NCBI GenBank assembly: GCA_020353555.1 | Contig: CP070697.1 | Location: 6,724,371 to 6,788,370 of the forward strand | Length of the DNA: 64,000 nucleotides | Source of the DNA: Desulfobacterales bacterium | Lineage (GTDB): Bacteria > Desulfobacterota > Desulfobacteria > Desulfobacterales > G020353555 | Direction: 5' to 3' | Shown here: positions 28,674-37,733 of the stretch, one piece after another | Layout of the letters: the number at the start of each line of letters is the position of its first letter | How positions within the stretch are numbered: position 1 is the stretch's first letter | The notes under the pieces: model-generated | Database searches by the model: none | What the model was told of the DNA's origin: nothing | What the model saw: only the letters and a program-made list of their open reading frames with translations | Position numbers and translations under genes: made by a program

Positions 28674-30008
28674 TCAATAGAGAAGTCTACTCAATTGTGA
28701 GATATCTTCGAGCTCCGCGAGGTTGTCGGCCAGCGCGCTGACCTGCTCGATCTTGCCCGGGGAGAGCACCGGCGAGGCCAGCGCGCGAAACTTGGCCTTA
28801 TGCTCCGCATCGGTCATGGGGTTTTCCCGGGAGCCTTTAGCGTAGTCCACTCGAGCTTCGTAAGTTCGACCGTTCGCCGTAACAATCTTCATGGCGCAGG
28901 ATACGCCGCGAGGCAGTGAGGCGTCCGGGATAATTCTGACCTTGCGGGCGAGCTGGAGCACCTGAGGCGCCGTGAGCTTTGCGTCGGTGTATTGCGCAAC
29001 AGTCGCCTTGCCCTCCATCAGAGCGATGGCTACGGAATAGGGCAAGCTCACCTGGGCTTCATGGTAGTTGTGGGGTTGCGCAATGGTGTGATAATCAGCC
29101 CAAGCGGGATGACGGCGCACCACTATTTCCTGAATAGCGGCAAGATCCATCGGATACGCCGTCACGAGCTCCAGCGCGCAATCGATGGCGTTATGGATGG
29201 GTCGGGCACACGCATAGGGTTTGTACTCGATAAAGATGGGAAAATCCCTACCCAGATTCGCCGTGAGCATGTGCAGATCGCTAACGCCGGCGAACGCCCG
29301 GCAGAATCCTCTGTCGCCCTCGAAAATGTTCTCGGCACCGGTAAACCCCCTCTGGGCGAGAACAGCGGCCACGACGCCCCCGCGCGCTGCCGGCCCGGGG
29401 TTAATCCGCTTTTGCATGGATGAACCATACATCTCCATCAAGCCTGAAGCATGCGCCCCGGCCAAACCCAAGGCGCTTGCCTGTTGTTGCGCGTCCAGCC
29501 CCAGGATTTTGCCGGCCGCCGCCGCCGCCCCGAAAACCCCACAGGTCGGTGTGGTATGAAATCCACGGTCTCTCAAGGCCGGGTTGGTCACACGCGAGAG
29601 CCGTGCCACGACGTCGCATCCGGCCACAACGGCCGTCAGAAACGCTTGGCCTGTTGCCTGTCTGCTCTCTGCCATTGCCAGGGCGGCTGAAAACGTCGGA
29701 GGGCTGAAGTGCAAAAAGGCTAGATGGTCGGTATCATCCAGCTCGATACTGTGGGACAGGATGGCATTGCAGAATGCAGCCGTAGCGCATGAAACGCGGA
29801 AACCATAGCCGATGATGGTCGCTTCGCCCCTCTCGTTTAAATCGCGGGAAAACTCGGCCGCAATGCGTCCGCTTTCCGTTCGAACTCCCCCCAGGGCCAC
29901 ACCCAGGTAATCCAGCATGAGTGTCTGCATGTCCTTCAACGTTGCAGGTGGAATCCCGTCGTAAGAAAGATGCGCGATATGCGTTGCGATCGCCTGGGTT
30001 GCATTCAT
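28674..30008 (-). CDS. MmgE/PrpD-family protein, paralogue 3
   Basis: Same family (MLDYLGVALGG..HSIELDD). I prefer the ATG at 30008, preceded by a G-rich SD, to the TTG at 30026. Confidence 0.85.
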   Translation of the reverse strand: MNATQAIATHIAHLSYDGIPPATLKDMQTLMLDYLGVALGGVRTESGRIAAEFSRDLNERGEATIIGYGFRVSCATAAFCNAILSHSIELDDTDHLAFLHFSPPTFSAALAMAESRQATGQAFLTAVVAGCDVVARLSRVTNPALRDRGFHTTPTCGVFGAAAAAGKILGLDAQQQASALGLAGAHASGLMEMYGSSMQKRINPGPAARGGVVAAVLAQRGFTGAENIFEGDRGFCRAFAGVSDLHMLTANLGRDFPIFIEYKPYACARPIHNAIDCALELVTAYPMDLAAIQEIVVRRHPAWADYHTIAQPHNYHEAQVSLPYSVAIALMEGKATVAQYTDAKLTAPQVLQLARKVRIIPDASLPRGVSCAMKIVTANGRTYEARVDYAKGSRENPMTDAEHKAKFRALASPVLSPGKIEQVSALADNLAELEDISQLSRLLY

Positions 30009-30074
30009 ACCACCCACCCCGCTCAATGTTGGCCCTGCAGTTTGTTGGTTGCCGCTTCCGAACTTGGTTCTTTC

Positions 30075-30106
30075 GTATCAATTTAGCTCTATGAAAAATA
30101 TCCCGG
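30075..30106 (-). repeat. Copy 2 of the conserved intergenic motif
   Basis: GTATCAATTTAGCTCTATGAAAAATATCCCGG, about 70 nt upstream of the PrpD paralogue 3 start. Confidence 0.5.
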
Positions 30107-30113
30107 TTGCAGG

Positions 30114-31079
30114 TCAGACATTGAGTAAAGCGGCGGGGTTTTTGACAGCCATCCGCTCGATTTCACGTTCGTTAAATCCGGCAGCCGTCAACTGCGTTAA
30201 ATAATCCATCATCGCCGTTACCGGGTGCTGATTGGTGGCCTGGCCGAAATCGGTGCCCAAGACCGTGGACTCGACCCCCACCGCACGGATATTTTTCACG
30301 ATTGTTTCAAGCGGCAGGAACCCTCCAATCGTTTTGGTGGCCTCGGTCGTAAATACAAAGCAGCGCTCGAAGAACACCCCCTTGCGGGCCAAGCGAATCT
30401 GGTCCTCGGCCCCCATGGGCGCCATGTATTCGGGATGCGTAACGAGTAGGCGTTTGACCCCCACCTTTTGCGCCGCTTCGATCAATGCGAATGTCTCGGG
30501 TATCGATAGATGACCGGTGCTGAGAATCGCCTCGCTGGCAGCCAAGATTTCAAGGATATCCAAGACTTCGTCCACCAGTTTGTTTTTTTCGTCCAAAATG
30601 GAAATACCGCGTCCCTGCCGTGTCCAGGGCCAATGTTCGCCCGTACCGGATTTTTCTCTCCCTCCGCCCGACGCGCCGCCATGGGCCTTATTGAAAGCGA
30701 CCCGGTCTTCGACCGCAACGTGCCCCTTCATGTAGGTGACCATATAATCAGCCGATAAAGACGGCATCCAGACCTCCCTGGCACCCAGACGCACGTAATA
30801 GTCCACGGCATTGGGGTTGAGTCCCCCCACCGGGTAGTTGAGCACCAATCCGCCAAAAACACGAATATTACCGACGGCCTTTTGCACCAGATAGGCGCGC
30901 TCGACGGTGGATCCCTGATGCGCTTTTAACACAAGCCCTCCCATACCGGCCTTGGCCGCCGCCGTGGCCAGTTCGATATCATCCGTTTTGCGGGGTGCGT
31001 TGTCGGGATGGCTGTGGACATGCATGTCAAAAACTCCGTGAATTAGGCTGTTTCCCATCAATTCGCTCCTTTTTGCCAT
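30114..31079 (-). CDS. Amidohydrolase-superfamily (TIM-barrel metal-dependent hydrolase)-like protein
   Basis: 321 aa with an N-terminal DMHVHSHPD (HxH metal motif). The rest is compatible with a TIM barrel; the subfamily is unknown. Confidence 0.55.
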   Translation of the reverse strand: MAKRSELMGNSLIHGVFDMHVHSHPDNAPRKTDDIELATAAAKAGMGGLVLKAHQGSTVERAYLVQKAVGNIRVFGGLVLNYPVGGLNPNAVDYYVRLGAREVWMPSLSADYMVTYMKGHVAVEDRVAFNKAHGGASGGGREKSGTGEHWPWTRQGRGISILDEKNKLVDEVLDILEILAASEAILSTGHLSIPETFALIEAAQKVGVKRLLVTHPEYMAPMGAEDQIRLARKGVFFERCFVFTTEATKTIGGFLPLETIVKNIRAVGVESTVLGTDFGQATNQHPVTAMMDYLTQLTAAGFNEREIERMAVKNPAALLNV

Positions 31080-31210
31080 GTCGTGCGCGGATTATCCCCC
31101 CAATAGGGGTGAAACCAGGGTCCCTCGGAAACCGCAAGGGCGCGTTCCGGTCATTCCCGCAGCGGCCCAACTGGGGTCCCGGAATACATTTTGGCCGGCT
31201 TTGAACATCG

Positions 31211-32512
31211 CTATTTCATCAGATCGGGCAGAAATGTGGCGATTGATGGAACCGCCAGTAGGAGACCCAAGGTAAGGATATCCATGACCAAAAACCAGCT
31301 GATTCCCTTAAAAATATCTTCAAGGGAGACCTGCGGGACGGCGCTCTTGAGGGCGTAGACGTTCATTCCGACCGGCGGCGTGATGACGCCGATTTCGATG
31401 GTCTTCGCAATCAAAATGCCAAACCAAATGGGGTTAAACCCCAAGGCTGTTATAACAGGGAATATAATGGGGAGCGTGATGAACATCATCCCCAACGGCT
31501 CCATGAAAGTGCCAAGAATAATGTAAAGCCCCATCACACCGAGGAGAATGACATGCGGCGACACCTGGAAGTGCAGAACCCAATTCACCAACGCATAAGG
31601 GAGACGGCTGAAAGTGAGCAGGCGGGCAAACATCAGGGCCCCAGCAATAATGATAAAGATCTGCGCCGTCATGGTGGCGGTATCCATGAGCGACATCCAA
31701 AACTTGGCAAGATTCATTCTGCGGGAGGCCACACCGAGCAGCAATGCGCCCATCGCCCCGGCGGCACCTGCCTCCGTGGGCGAAAAAAGGCCTGTGTAAA
31801 TGCCCCCCAACACCAGAAAAGCCAGAATAACAATGCCCCAAACTCCTTTGAGGGCTATCAGCCGTTCCTTCCAGCCACCCCGGGTGGTCGACGGCGACAT
31901 TCCAGGATTCCAACGGGCGATTACAAAAATACCGCTCATGTAGATCAAAGCGGATATGATTCCCGGAATGATTCCGGCAATCAGGATCTTGGCAATGGAT
32001 TGCTCCGTAATAATTCCGTAGAGTATCAAAATGATGCTTGGGGGAATCATCGCCGCCAGAGTGCCGGAGGCGGCCACTGTGCCGGCCGCGAAACGCTTAT
32101 CGTATCCATGCCGGAGCATCTCGGGGACAATCACCTTGCCCATCACGGCGGCTGAGGCTAGACTTGACCCGGAACAGAAGGCGAAGCAGGTGCACCCGAT
32201 CACACTGGTCATGGCCAACCCGCCGGGAAACCTTCCGGCCCAGCGCCGGGCCGCCTCAAAAATATCTTTAGTCTGCTCTCCATAGAAAGTGAAAAAACCC
32301 ATCAGGGCAAACATCGGAATCGTGCTGAGGGTGTAGTGGGCCAGCCCGCCGAAAGGCTCGGTCGAAATCGTGGAAAGCACGGCTTTTGTGGGTATGATCA
32401 AAAACATTCCGGCCACACCCACGGCAAACATGGCAAAGCCGATATGCATCCCCAAGAACATGAGTACCAACAATACGACGATCGCTAAAATTCCCACGGT
32501 TTGGGCGTCCAT
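31211..32512 (-). CDS. dctM: TRAP transporter large permease
   Basis: 433 aa with about 12 TM segments and typical DctM sequence. Confidence 0.9.
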   Translation of the reverse strand: MDAQTVGILAIVVLLVLMFLGMHIGFAMFAVGVAGMFLIIPTKAVLSTISTEPFGGLAHYTLSTIPMFALMGFFTFYGEQTKDIFEAARRWAGRFPGGLAMTSVIGCTCFAFCSGSSLASAAVMGKVIVPEMLRHGYDKRFAAGTVAASGTLAAMIPPSIILILYGIITEQSIAKILIAGIIPGIISALIYMSGIFVIARWNPGMSPSTTRGGWKERLIALKGVWGIVILAFLVLGGIYTGLFSPTEAGAAGAMGALLLGVASRRMNLAKFWMSLMDTATMTAQIFIIIAGALMFARLLTFSRLPYALVNWVLHFQVSPHVILLGVMGLYIILGTFMEPLGMMFITLPIIFPVITALGFNPIWFGILIAKTIEIGVITPPVGMNVYALKSAVPQVSLEDIFKGISWFLVMDILTLGLLLAVPSIATFLPDLMK

Positions 32513-32523
32513 ATGCCCTCTCG

Positions 32524-33087
32524 CTAGCTATCCCCTGAATTCTTTCCCGGCGGCCCTATGAGGTTATAAATACACTCGCCAATTTGAATAAGAAGTCTTA
32601 TCGACAGGAAGAACAGTCCAATGGTAATAACTCCTCTCGCCGCCCAAATCGGAAGTTCGGCAGGGAGGAAAGTGGTCTCTCGGATCAACCAGGAGGCCCA
32701 CGCCTTCTTTCCCGTCATATAAACGGCGAGGCTGAAAAATGCCAACGACAGGAGCATGGTGAAAGCCTCCAAGGCTTGCCTGACCTTGAACGGAACATTG
32801 GAAAGCAGGATTTCAACGCGCACATTTTTTCCCAAATACTGCACACGGGCGAGTCCCAGGTAGACAATAATCACCAACATCAATTCGACCGCCTCGAAAA
32901 CACCCTCGATCGAATAGCCCAGGATCTTGCGCAAAGTGATTTCAATCACGGTTAGCAGCATCATCGCCAAAGCAAAAACAGCGCCTCCATGGGCGAGTAC
33001 TTGTTCCACTTTTATCATCCAACGATTCGCCGCCCACACGGTTCTATCGCTGCTAGCATCCTGGCTCAAGACGCGCCTCCCAATCAT
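32524..33087 (-). CDS. dctQ: TRAP transporter small permease
   Basis: 4-TM protein directly upstream of dctM. The true start may be the internal ATG at 33018. Confidence 0.8.
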   Translation of the reverse strand: MIGRRVLSQDASSDRTVWAANRWMIKVEQVLAHGGAVFALAMMLLTVIEITLRKILGYSIEGVFEAVELMLVIIVYLGLARVQYLGKNVRVEILLSNVPFKVRQALEAFTMLLSLAFFSLAVYMTGKKAWASWLIRETTFLPAELPIWAARGVITIGLFFLSIRLLIQIGECIYNLIGPPGKNSGDS

Positions 33088-33386
33088 ATTGTTCGAATTG
33101 GCGGGTCACGGTATTTTTCTCGCCTCGACCGCGAAAGGGGCCGGGGCGCCCACTGATAAGGCCTGGCAAACCCGGAGATTGACGCGCTCCCGGGGGCCGC
33201 CGGCCATGACTAAACGGGCTTAGGACCCAACCACGCAAGCGGGCATTCAGGTTTACGGGATCGAAATCTTCGGGATTCCCGCCTGCGCAGCCATGCGGGT
33301 GCCTTATCGCAGAAACCTTTCGGAAGCCTTATAATTTGGCGATGTCCACACGTTGAGGCAACTTCCCGTGTGAACGCCGCGGATTG

Positions 33387-33454
33387 AAAAAACGCGATCT
33401 CTTCCTCAGCTTCAAAAGACAAATCAGTCAACCCAACCAGAGGGAAGCGATCGC
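33387..33454 (-). terminator. Terminator/attenuator-like hairpin plus T6 immediately after dctP
   Basis: On the minus strand, GCGATCGCTTCCCTC (33454-33440) pairs imperfectly with GAGGAAGAGATCGCG (33407-33393). This is followed by TTTTTT (33392-33387). The structure begins 8 nt after the dctP stop. Confidence 0.45.
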
Positions 33455-33461
33455 CTCGGGA

Positions 33462-34529
33462 TCATTTTTTGAACGGGTCCTGCTTCTCATATTCCTTGAC
33501 CTTTTCGATCATTGTATCCATCACCATGCGCGCGTCCGGCCTTCCCTCCGCCGTCTGCTTCTCAACCCAACGATCCCAGATCTTCGCAGCCACCTGGACC
33601 ATTTGGTCCCGCTCATCCTTGGAAAGATAGTTTATTTCAATGCCTTTGGCCTTGATTTTGGCCAAGGCGGGTTCCGCTAAAGAGTTGCTGATTTCAACAT
33701 TCTTATCAACCGCCTGCCTTGCCAATTTTGTCATTATCTCCTGGTTTTCGGGAGAGATTTTATTCCAGGTGTCCATATTGATGCACAAGGGCGCAACAAT
33801 ATATCCGAACCCCCCGAGCACGAGCGCCGATTGGGATAACTCGTAGACGCCGTAGTTCACGAAAAAATCAGGCCACGGCAAAATCGCCGCATCCACGACC
33901 CCCCGCTGCATGTTCTCATAGATTTCGTTGGCGGCAATGGAGACGCTTTGGGCTTCAAAATGCCCCAACACCTCCGCAAACATCCCATATGCCCGAATTT
34001 TCAAGCCCTTCAAATCGGCAAGATTCTTGACCGGATTCCTCGACATGATTTCAAAAGACGTCGGCATGATAGGGATCATCACCTTCATGTTCCATTGCTC
34101 GATTTCCTTTTTGAGGACCGGAATGTCTTTCATATCCCACAAGGCCCTGCCAAAAGCCCACATCGAATTGGAGAGAAAAGGTACCTCAAAGGCCGTCCAG
34201 AGTGGAAGTTTCGAAGGCGAATAGGTCGGAATTATCATTGCCATATCAAAAACACCGTTGGAGACGTTATCCAACGCCTCCCTGAAACCGCCCAGTGGAC
34301 CACCCCACAAGATCTCAAAAGTCACTTCACCCTTGGTCTCCTTTTCCACCTCCTGCGCCCACCACTCCCAGGCCTTGGTGTATCCGCGTGACATGGCGGG
34401 ATCGTGAATAACGATATGAACCTTGCCTTTGGCGGCCACCGTGCTGAGGCCCACAAGCGCCGAACCGGCGATGACCCAAATAATCACACTCACCATCATC
34501 AACACTGTGCGGATTTTGATTCCTTTCAT
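33462..34529 (-). CDS. dctP: TRAP transporter substrate-binding protein
   Basis: 355 aa with a signal peptide and DctP-family sequence. Strong AAGGAGG RBS. Confidence 0.9.
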   Translation of the reverse strand: MKGIKIRTVLMMVSVIIWVIAGSALVGLSTVAAKGKVHIVIHDPAMSRGYTKAWEWWAQEVEKETKGEVTFEILWGGPLGGFREALDNVSNGVFDMAMIIPTYSPSKLPLWTAFEVPFLSNSMWAFGRALWDMKDIPVLKKEIEQWNMKVMIPIMPTSFEIMSRNPVKNLADLKGLKIRAYGMFAEVLGHFEAQSVSIAANEIYENMQRGVVDAAILPWPDFFVNYGVYELSQSALVLGGFGYIVAPLCINMDTWNKISPENQEIMTKLARQAVDKNVEISNSLAEPALAKIKAKGIEINYLSKDERDQMVQVAAKIWDRWVEKQTAEGRPDARMVMDTMIEKVKEYEKQDPFKK

Positions 34530-35038
34530 CGTGACACCTCCTTTTTTGAGGATTTATCGATCGGCACGAGCTCCCTAATACGAGCCTTTTGCGGCTAATC
34601 GTCACCTCCCTTTCAGAAGCTAGAACAACTGACGCGTGTCCGTTCAAAAATCAGACAGTTTTTGCCCGTTCAGGGAGAGCGCAAATTCCAACCATAAGGA
34701 ATACACGGAGTATTTTGAGGATTGATCCCGCCCGGCGGCAGAGCCCGGCGCCGATAGCGGGACAAAAAGCCGTTTCTGAATGGACACGACCTAAGTTCGC
34801 TCAAGCAATCAGTGTCGAAAATGCTAGCCTTGAGTAATTCGGAAGCCCCCCAAAGATATGGACGCTTCTATTAGATTGCAGAAAAAACCGTCGCGGCAAA
34901 CCTGGGATAGAACCCTTCCCCCCGCTGTCAATCGAAGATGAATCGAGCCGGCCGCGTTTTCCCCCCGCAAAAAATACCGCCGTGCACTCCACCGGACGCG
35001 GACTGTTTGCCTTCGACTGCGCCCTTCCCTCAGAAAAG

Positions 35039-35054
35039 AGCAAAATTGGTGCCA
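35039..35054 (-). promoter_or_regulatory. Sigma54 (-24/-12) promoter candidate reading toward the TRAP/PrpD/LeuCD operon
   Basis: The minus strand reads TGGCAC-CAATT-TTGCT, a full match to TGGCAC-N5-TTGCW, about 510 nt upstream of the dctP start. Confidence 0.6.
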
Positions 35055-35129
35055 AATAGCGGAGCCCCTCCTGACATCCGGCGTTCTTTCTTGCGACCGG
35101 CCCCTTGCTTACCGGGAAATTCTTATACA

Positions 35130-35142
35130 TATCAATGAATTA
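35130..35142. promoter_or_regulatory. IHF-like site (TATCAATGAATTA)
   Basis: Matches WATCAANNNNTTR and lies about 80 nt upstream of the minus-strand sigma54 candidate, in an AT-rich patch. Confidence 0.3.
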
Positions 35143-35861
35143 GAGCAAAAAGCGCGGCAACGCCCCCTAAAACATGTAAATTTAAGAATATCAGTATATT
35201 AGAACTCTTTGGGCCGGATTCAGGCGTTAGAAACAAAATGGGCCGCTAGATCCCACGGAAAATGCAATACCAGATTCTGTTTAAAACTTGCAACAACGGT
35301 ATTTTGTAGGTCGAACTTCAAATCCGAATTCCATCCGGATCGACCCCGCTTAACTGAGGTGGAAAAAATTGGCTTTGCTCTGACCCTGAGAATTTCCTGT
35401 CAAGACCCAACAGCCAAGCGACCTGATGGTCCGTTGCCTGATTTCGGCACCCGGGCAAAGTCGCGATCCACCCCAGCGCAACATCTAAACCGTCGCATTT
35501 TTTCATCCGAAACCAGCGGAATGCCGCGGCACCATCGCGGCCGGACCCATTTCCAAGGCATCCCTTCGTCATGGGCTTTAGCCCCTGCCGACGGCCCCGA
35601 CCCGGGTGCCCGCCGCCGGCAGACGCGCCAGCTGGAAAAAAAACGCCTCGCGTTTCATTTGCGTTTCACATAATTAACTGCGGCCGATACAATATGACCC
35701 CGTCCCAGGCGCTGACGTGTGAAACATCATCTAAAATTCAGCGGTCCCCCCCTGGCGCCAGACATGATTATAGCTCATTGTTATTTTTGAAATTTCAGCC
35801 TAAGCCGGCCGGGGTCAGGCCCGCACAATCGCATGCGACCCGCGCCCGAAACATTTCCATT

Positions 35862-35876
35862 TGGCATGATATTTGG
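35862..35876 (+). promoter_or_regulatory. Sigma54-like promoter candidate for the SDH-like/prpF operon
   Basis: TGGCAT-GATAT-TTGG. The first 14 nt are identical to the 45191 promoter candidate, but the -12 element is GG instead of GC. It lies about 105 nt upstream of the ATG at 35983. Confidence 0.45.
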
Positions 35877-35982
35877 ATAGGGGTTCAACACAAATATCCA
35901 GCCGGTTTCCGGCGGAATCGAGCGGATGGATTCGCATCGGAGGAAGTTTTCTTAATTGCAATCACACATGAGGCGGTCCTAG

Positions 35983-37719
35983 ATGACTCTCCAAGTGGAT
36001 CAAGTTTATACGACCGACGTCTTGGTCGTCGGCGGCGGTGCGGCGGCTTCCATGGCCGCTATCAGCGCAACCAATGAGGGCGCCGACGTACTGGTCCTGG
36101 ATAAAGGGCAGTTGGGCAAAAGCGGCTGCTCACCGAATGCTCACGGCGGCATGGCTTTATACCCGAAACACGAAAATGATAGCTGGAAAATTCATTTCGA
36201 AGATACGCTCATGAGCGGAGGGTTTCTCAACAATCAACAAGTGGTCAGGGTTCTGTGCCAAAAGGGTTTTCGATTTGTGAGTCTGTTGGAGCAGTTTGGA
36301 TCGCTTTTTGACCGCGACGCAGACGGAACGTACAGTGTTAGGCAGTTTGGCGGCCATCGCTACAAACGCTCTGTGTTTAGTGGCGATGAAACCGGCCACG
36401 AAATGATGAATGGTCTGCGAAGGGAGATCGCCAGACTCGGCGTCAAGACCCGGGATGAAGTGATGGTCCTGCGCCTGCTGACGACCGACGGCGAAATTTG
36501 TGGGGCTTTGGCTTTGGATATTGCCAAAGGCGCATTCATTGAAGTCAGGGCCAAAGCGGTCGTCCTGGCCACGGCCGACGGCAGCGGAATTTGGCCGGCG
36601 GCCGCCGAAAGGCAGCGCGGAGACGGTTATTGTATGGCGTTGGAAGCGGGGGCGGAGTTGGCGGATATGGAGTTTATCCAATACCATCCTACCCATGCCT
36701 GGTGGCCTTATGGAGTTCGGGGAAGCGTCAGCGAAAGCTTCAGGGCGGAAGGCGGGTATTTGCTCAACAGCGAAGGTGAGCGCTTCATGCTGCATTACGA
36801 TCCCGAACAAAAGGAATTGGCGACCCGCGATAAAGTATCCGTTTGTATCTATCGCGAAATATTGGCGGGTCGCGGCGCGCGGCACGGCGGCATCTATGCT
36901 TCGGTCACCCATCTCCCCCCCGACCACATCGAAAAGAGGTTGCGCGTAATCTTTCGGAAGTACATGAGTTACGGTTTCGACATTCGCAAACAGCCGATCG
37001 AAATCAGACCCAGACCCCACTACCTGTGCGGCGGAGTGGTGGCCAATGATCGCGCTGAAACGCGTGTGCCCGGTCTGTATGCGGCCGGGGCGGTTACCGC
37101 CGGAGTGCACGGCGCGAATCGACTCGGCAGCAACGCCTTGGTTGATATTCTCGTTTTCGGGGACATCGCCGGCAGAAACGCCGCCCACCGCGCTGGCAAC
37201 GTAGACCACAAAAGGATGAACGCCAAGACCCAGGTGGAAAAGGAAATAAAACGGGTTGCCGACCTGGTTGCCAAATCCGCGATTGAACCCGTATGGACGC
37301 CGATTCTTCGACGCAGGCATTTTGAAATGATGGATCGATATGTCGGCGTACTTCGGACGGATGAAGGCCTGCGGCACATGCTGGCAGAAATCGAAAGGAC
37401 CCAAAAGGAGGATCTTCCGAATCTCAGCATCCGCGATAAAAGCCGCCGTTACAATTTCGAATTGCGCGACGCCCTGGAAATGCAGTTGCGGTTGATGGTT
37501 GAAGAAATGTCGACGCGCGCGGCTGTGACGAGAACCGAATCCCGCGGATCTCACTTCCGAGACGATTATCCCAAACGCGATGATCGGCAGTGGTTGAAAA
37601 ACATTGTGTTCTTCAAGAAAGATGATCAACTGGTTTGCGAATGCCGCGCGGTGGAAATGAGCGTGATGGACATCAGCGAACTACCTGCCTATGCGGCGCT
37701 GGATTCCCCCTGGCATTGA
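35983..37719 (+). CDS. Succinate dehydrogenase/fumarate reductase-type flavoprotein subunit (SdhA/FrdA-like)
   Basis: N-terminal DVLVVGGGAAA FAD motif, the His region HPT, and C-terminal RTESRGSHFRDDYP. Confidence 0.85.
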   Translation: MTLQVDQVYTTDVLVVGGGAAASMAAISATNEGADVLVLDKGQLGKSGCSPNAHGGMALYPKHENDSWKIHFEDTLMSGGFLNNQQVVRVLCQKGFRFVSLLEQFGSLFDRDADGTYSVRQFGGHRYKRSVFSGDETGHEMMNGLRREIARLGVKTRDEVMVLRLLTTDGEICGALALDIAKGAFIEVRAKAVVLATADGSGIWPAAAERQRGDGYCMALEAGAELADMEFIQYHPTHAWWPYGVRGSVSESFRAEGGYLLNSEGERFMLHYDPEQKELATRDKVSVCIYREILAGRGARHGGIYASVTHLPPDHIEKRLRVIFRKYMSYGFDIRKQPIEIRPRPHYLCGGVVANDRAETRVPGLYAAGAVTAGVHGANRLGSNALVDILVFGDIAGRNAAHRAGNVDHKRMNAKTQVEKEIKRVADLVAKSAIEPVWTPILRRRHFEMMDRYVGVLRTDEGLRHMLAEIERTQKEDLPNLSIRDKSRRYNFELRDALEMQLRLMVEEMSTRAAVTRTESRGSHFRDDYPKRDDRQWLKNIVFFKKDDQLVCECRAVEMSVMDISELPAYAALDSPWH

Positions 37720-37733
37720 AGGAGTGACCCGTC

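Noticed and set aside
34681-34694. Possible additional sigma54 site (minus strand TGGTTGGAATTTGC) closer to dctP
   Set aside because: The GG-to-GC spacing is one nucleotide too short, and the -24 element is TGGTTG rather than TGGCAC. The 35039-35054 site is a far better match.
35209-36077. 154-aa and 168-aa plus-strand ORFs in the long intergenic region
   Set aside because: They have no RBS, an Arg/Pro-rich composition and no motifs. The second runs in a different frame into the well-supported flavoprotein gene. I treat the region as non-coding.
36157-37629. 490-aa minus-strand ORF
   Set aside because: It lies fully inside and antisense to the SdhA/FrdA-like flavoprotein gene, which has clear FAD and active-site motifs. 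It has no motifs of its own and is a GC-rich shadow frame.
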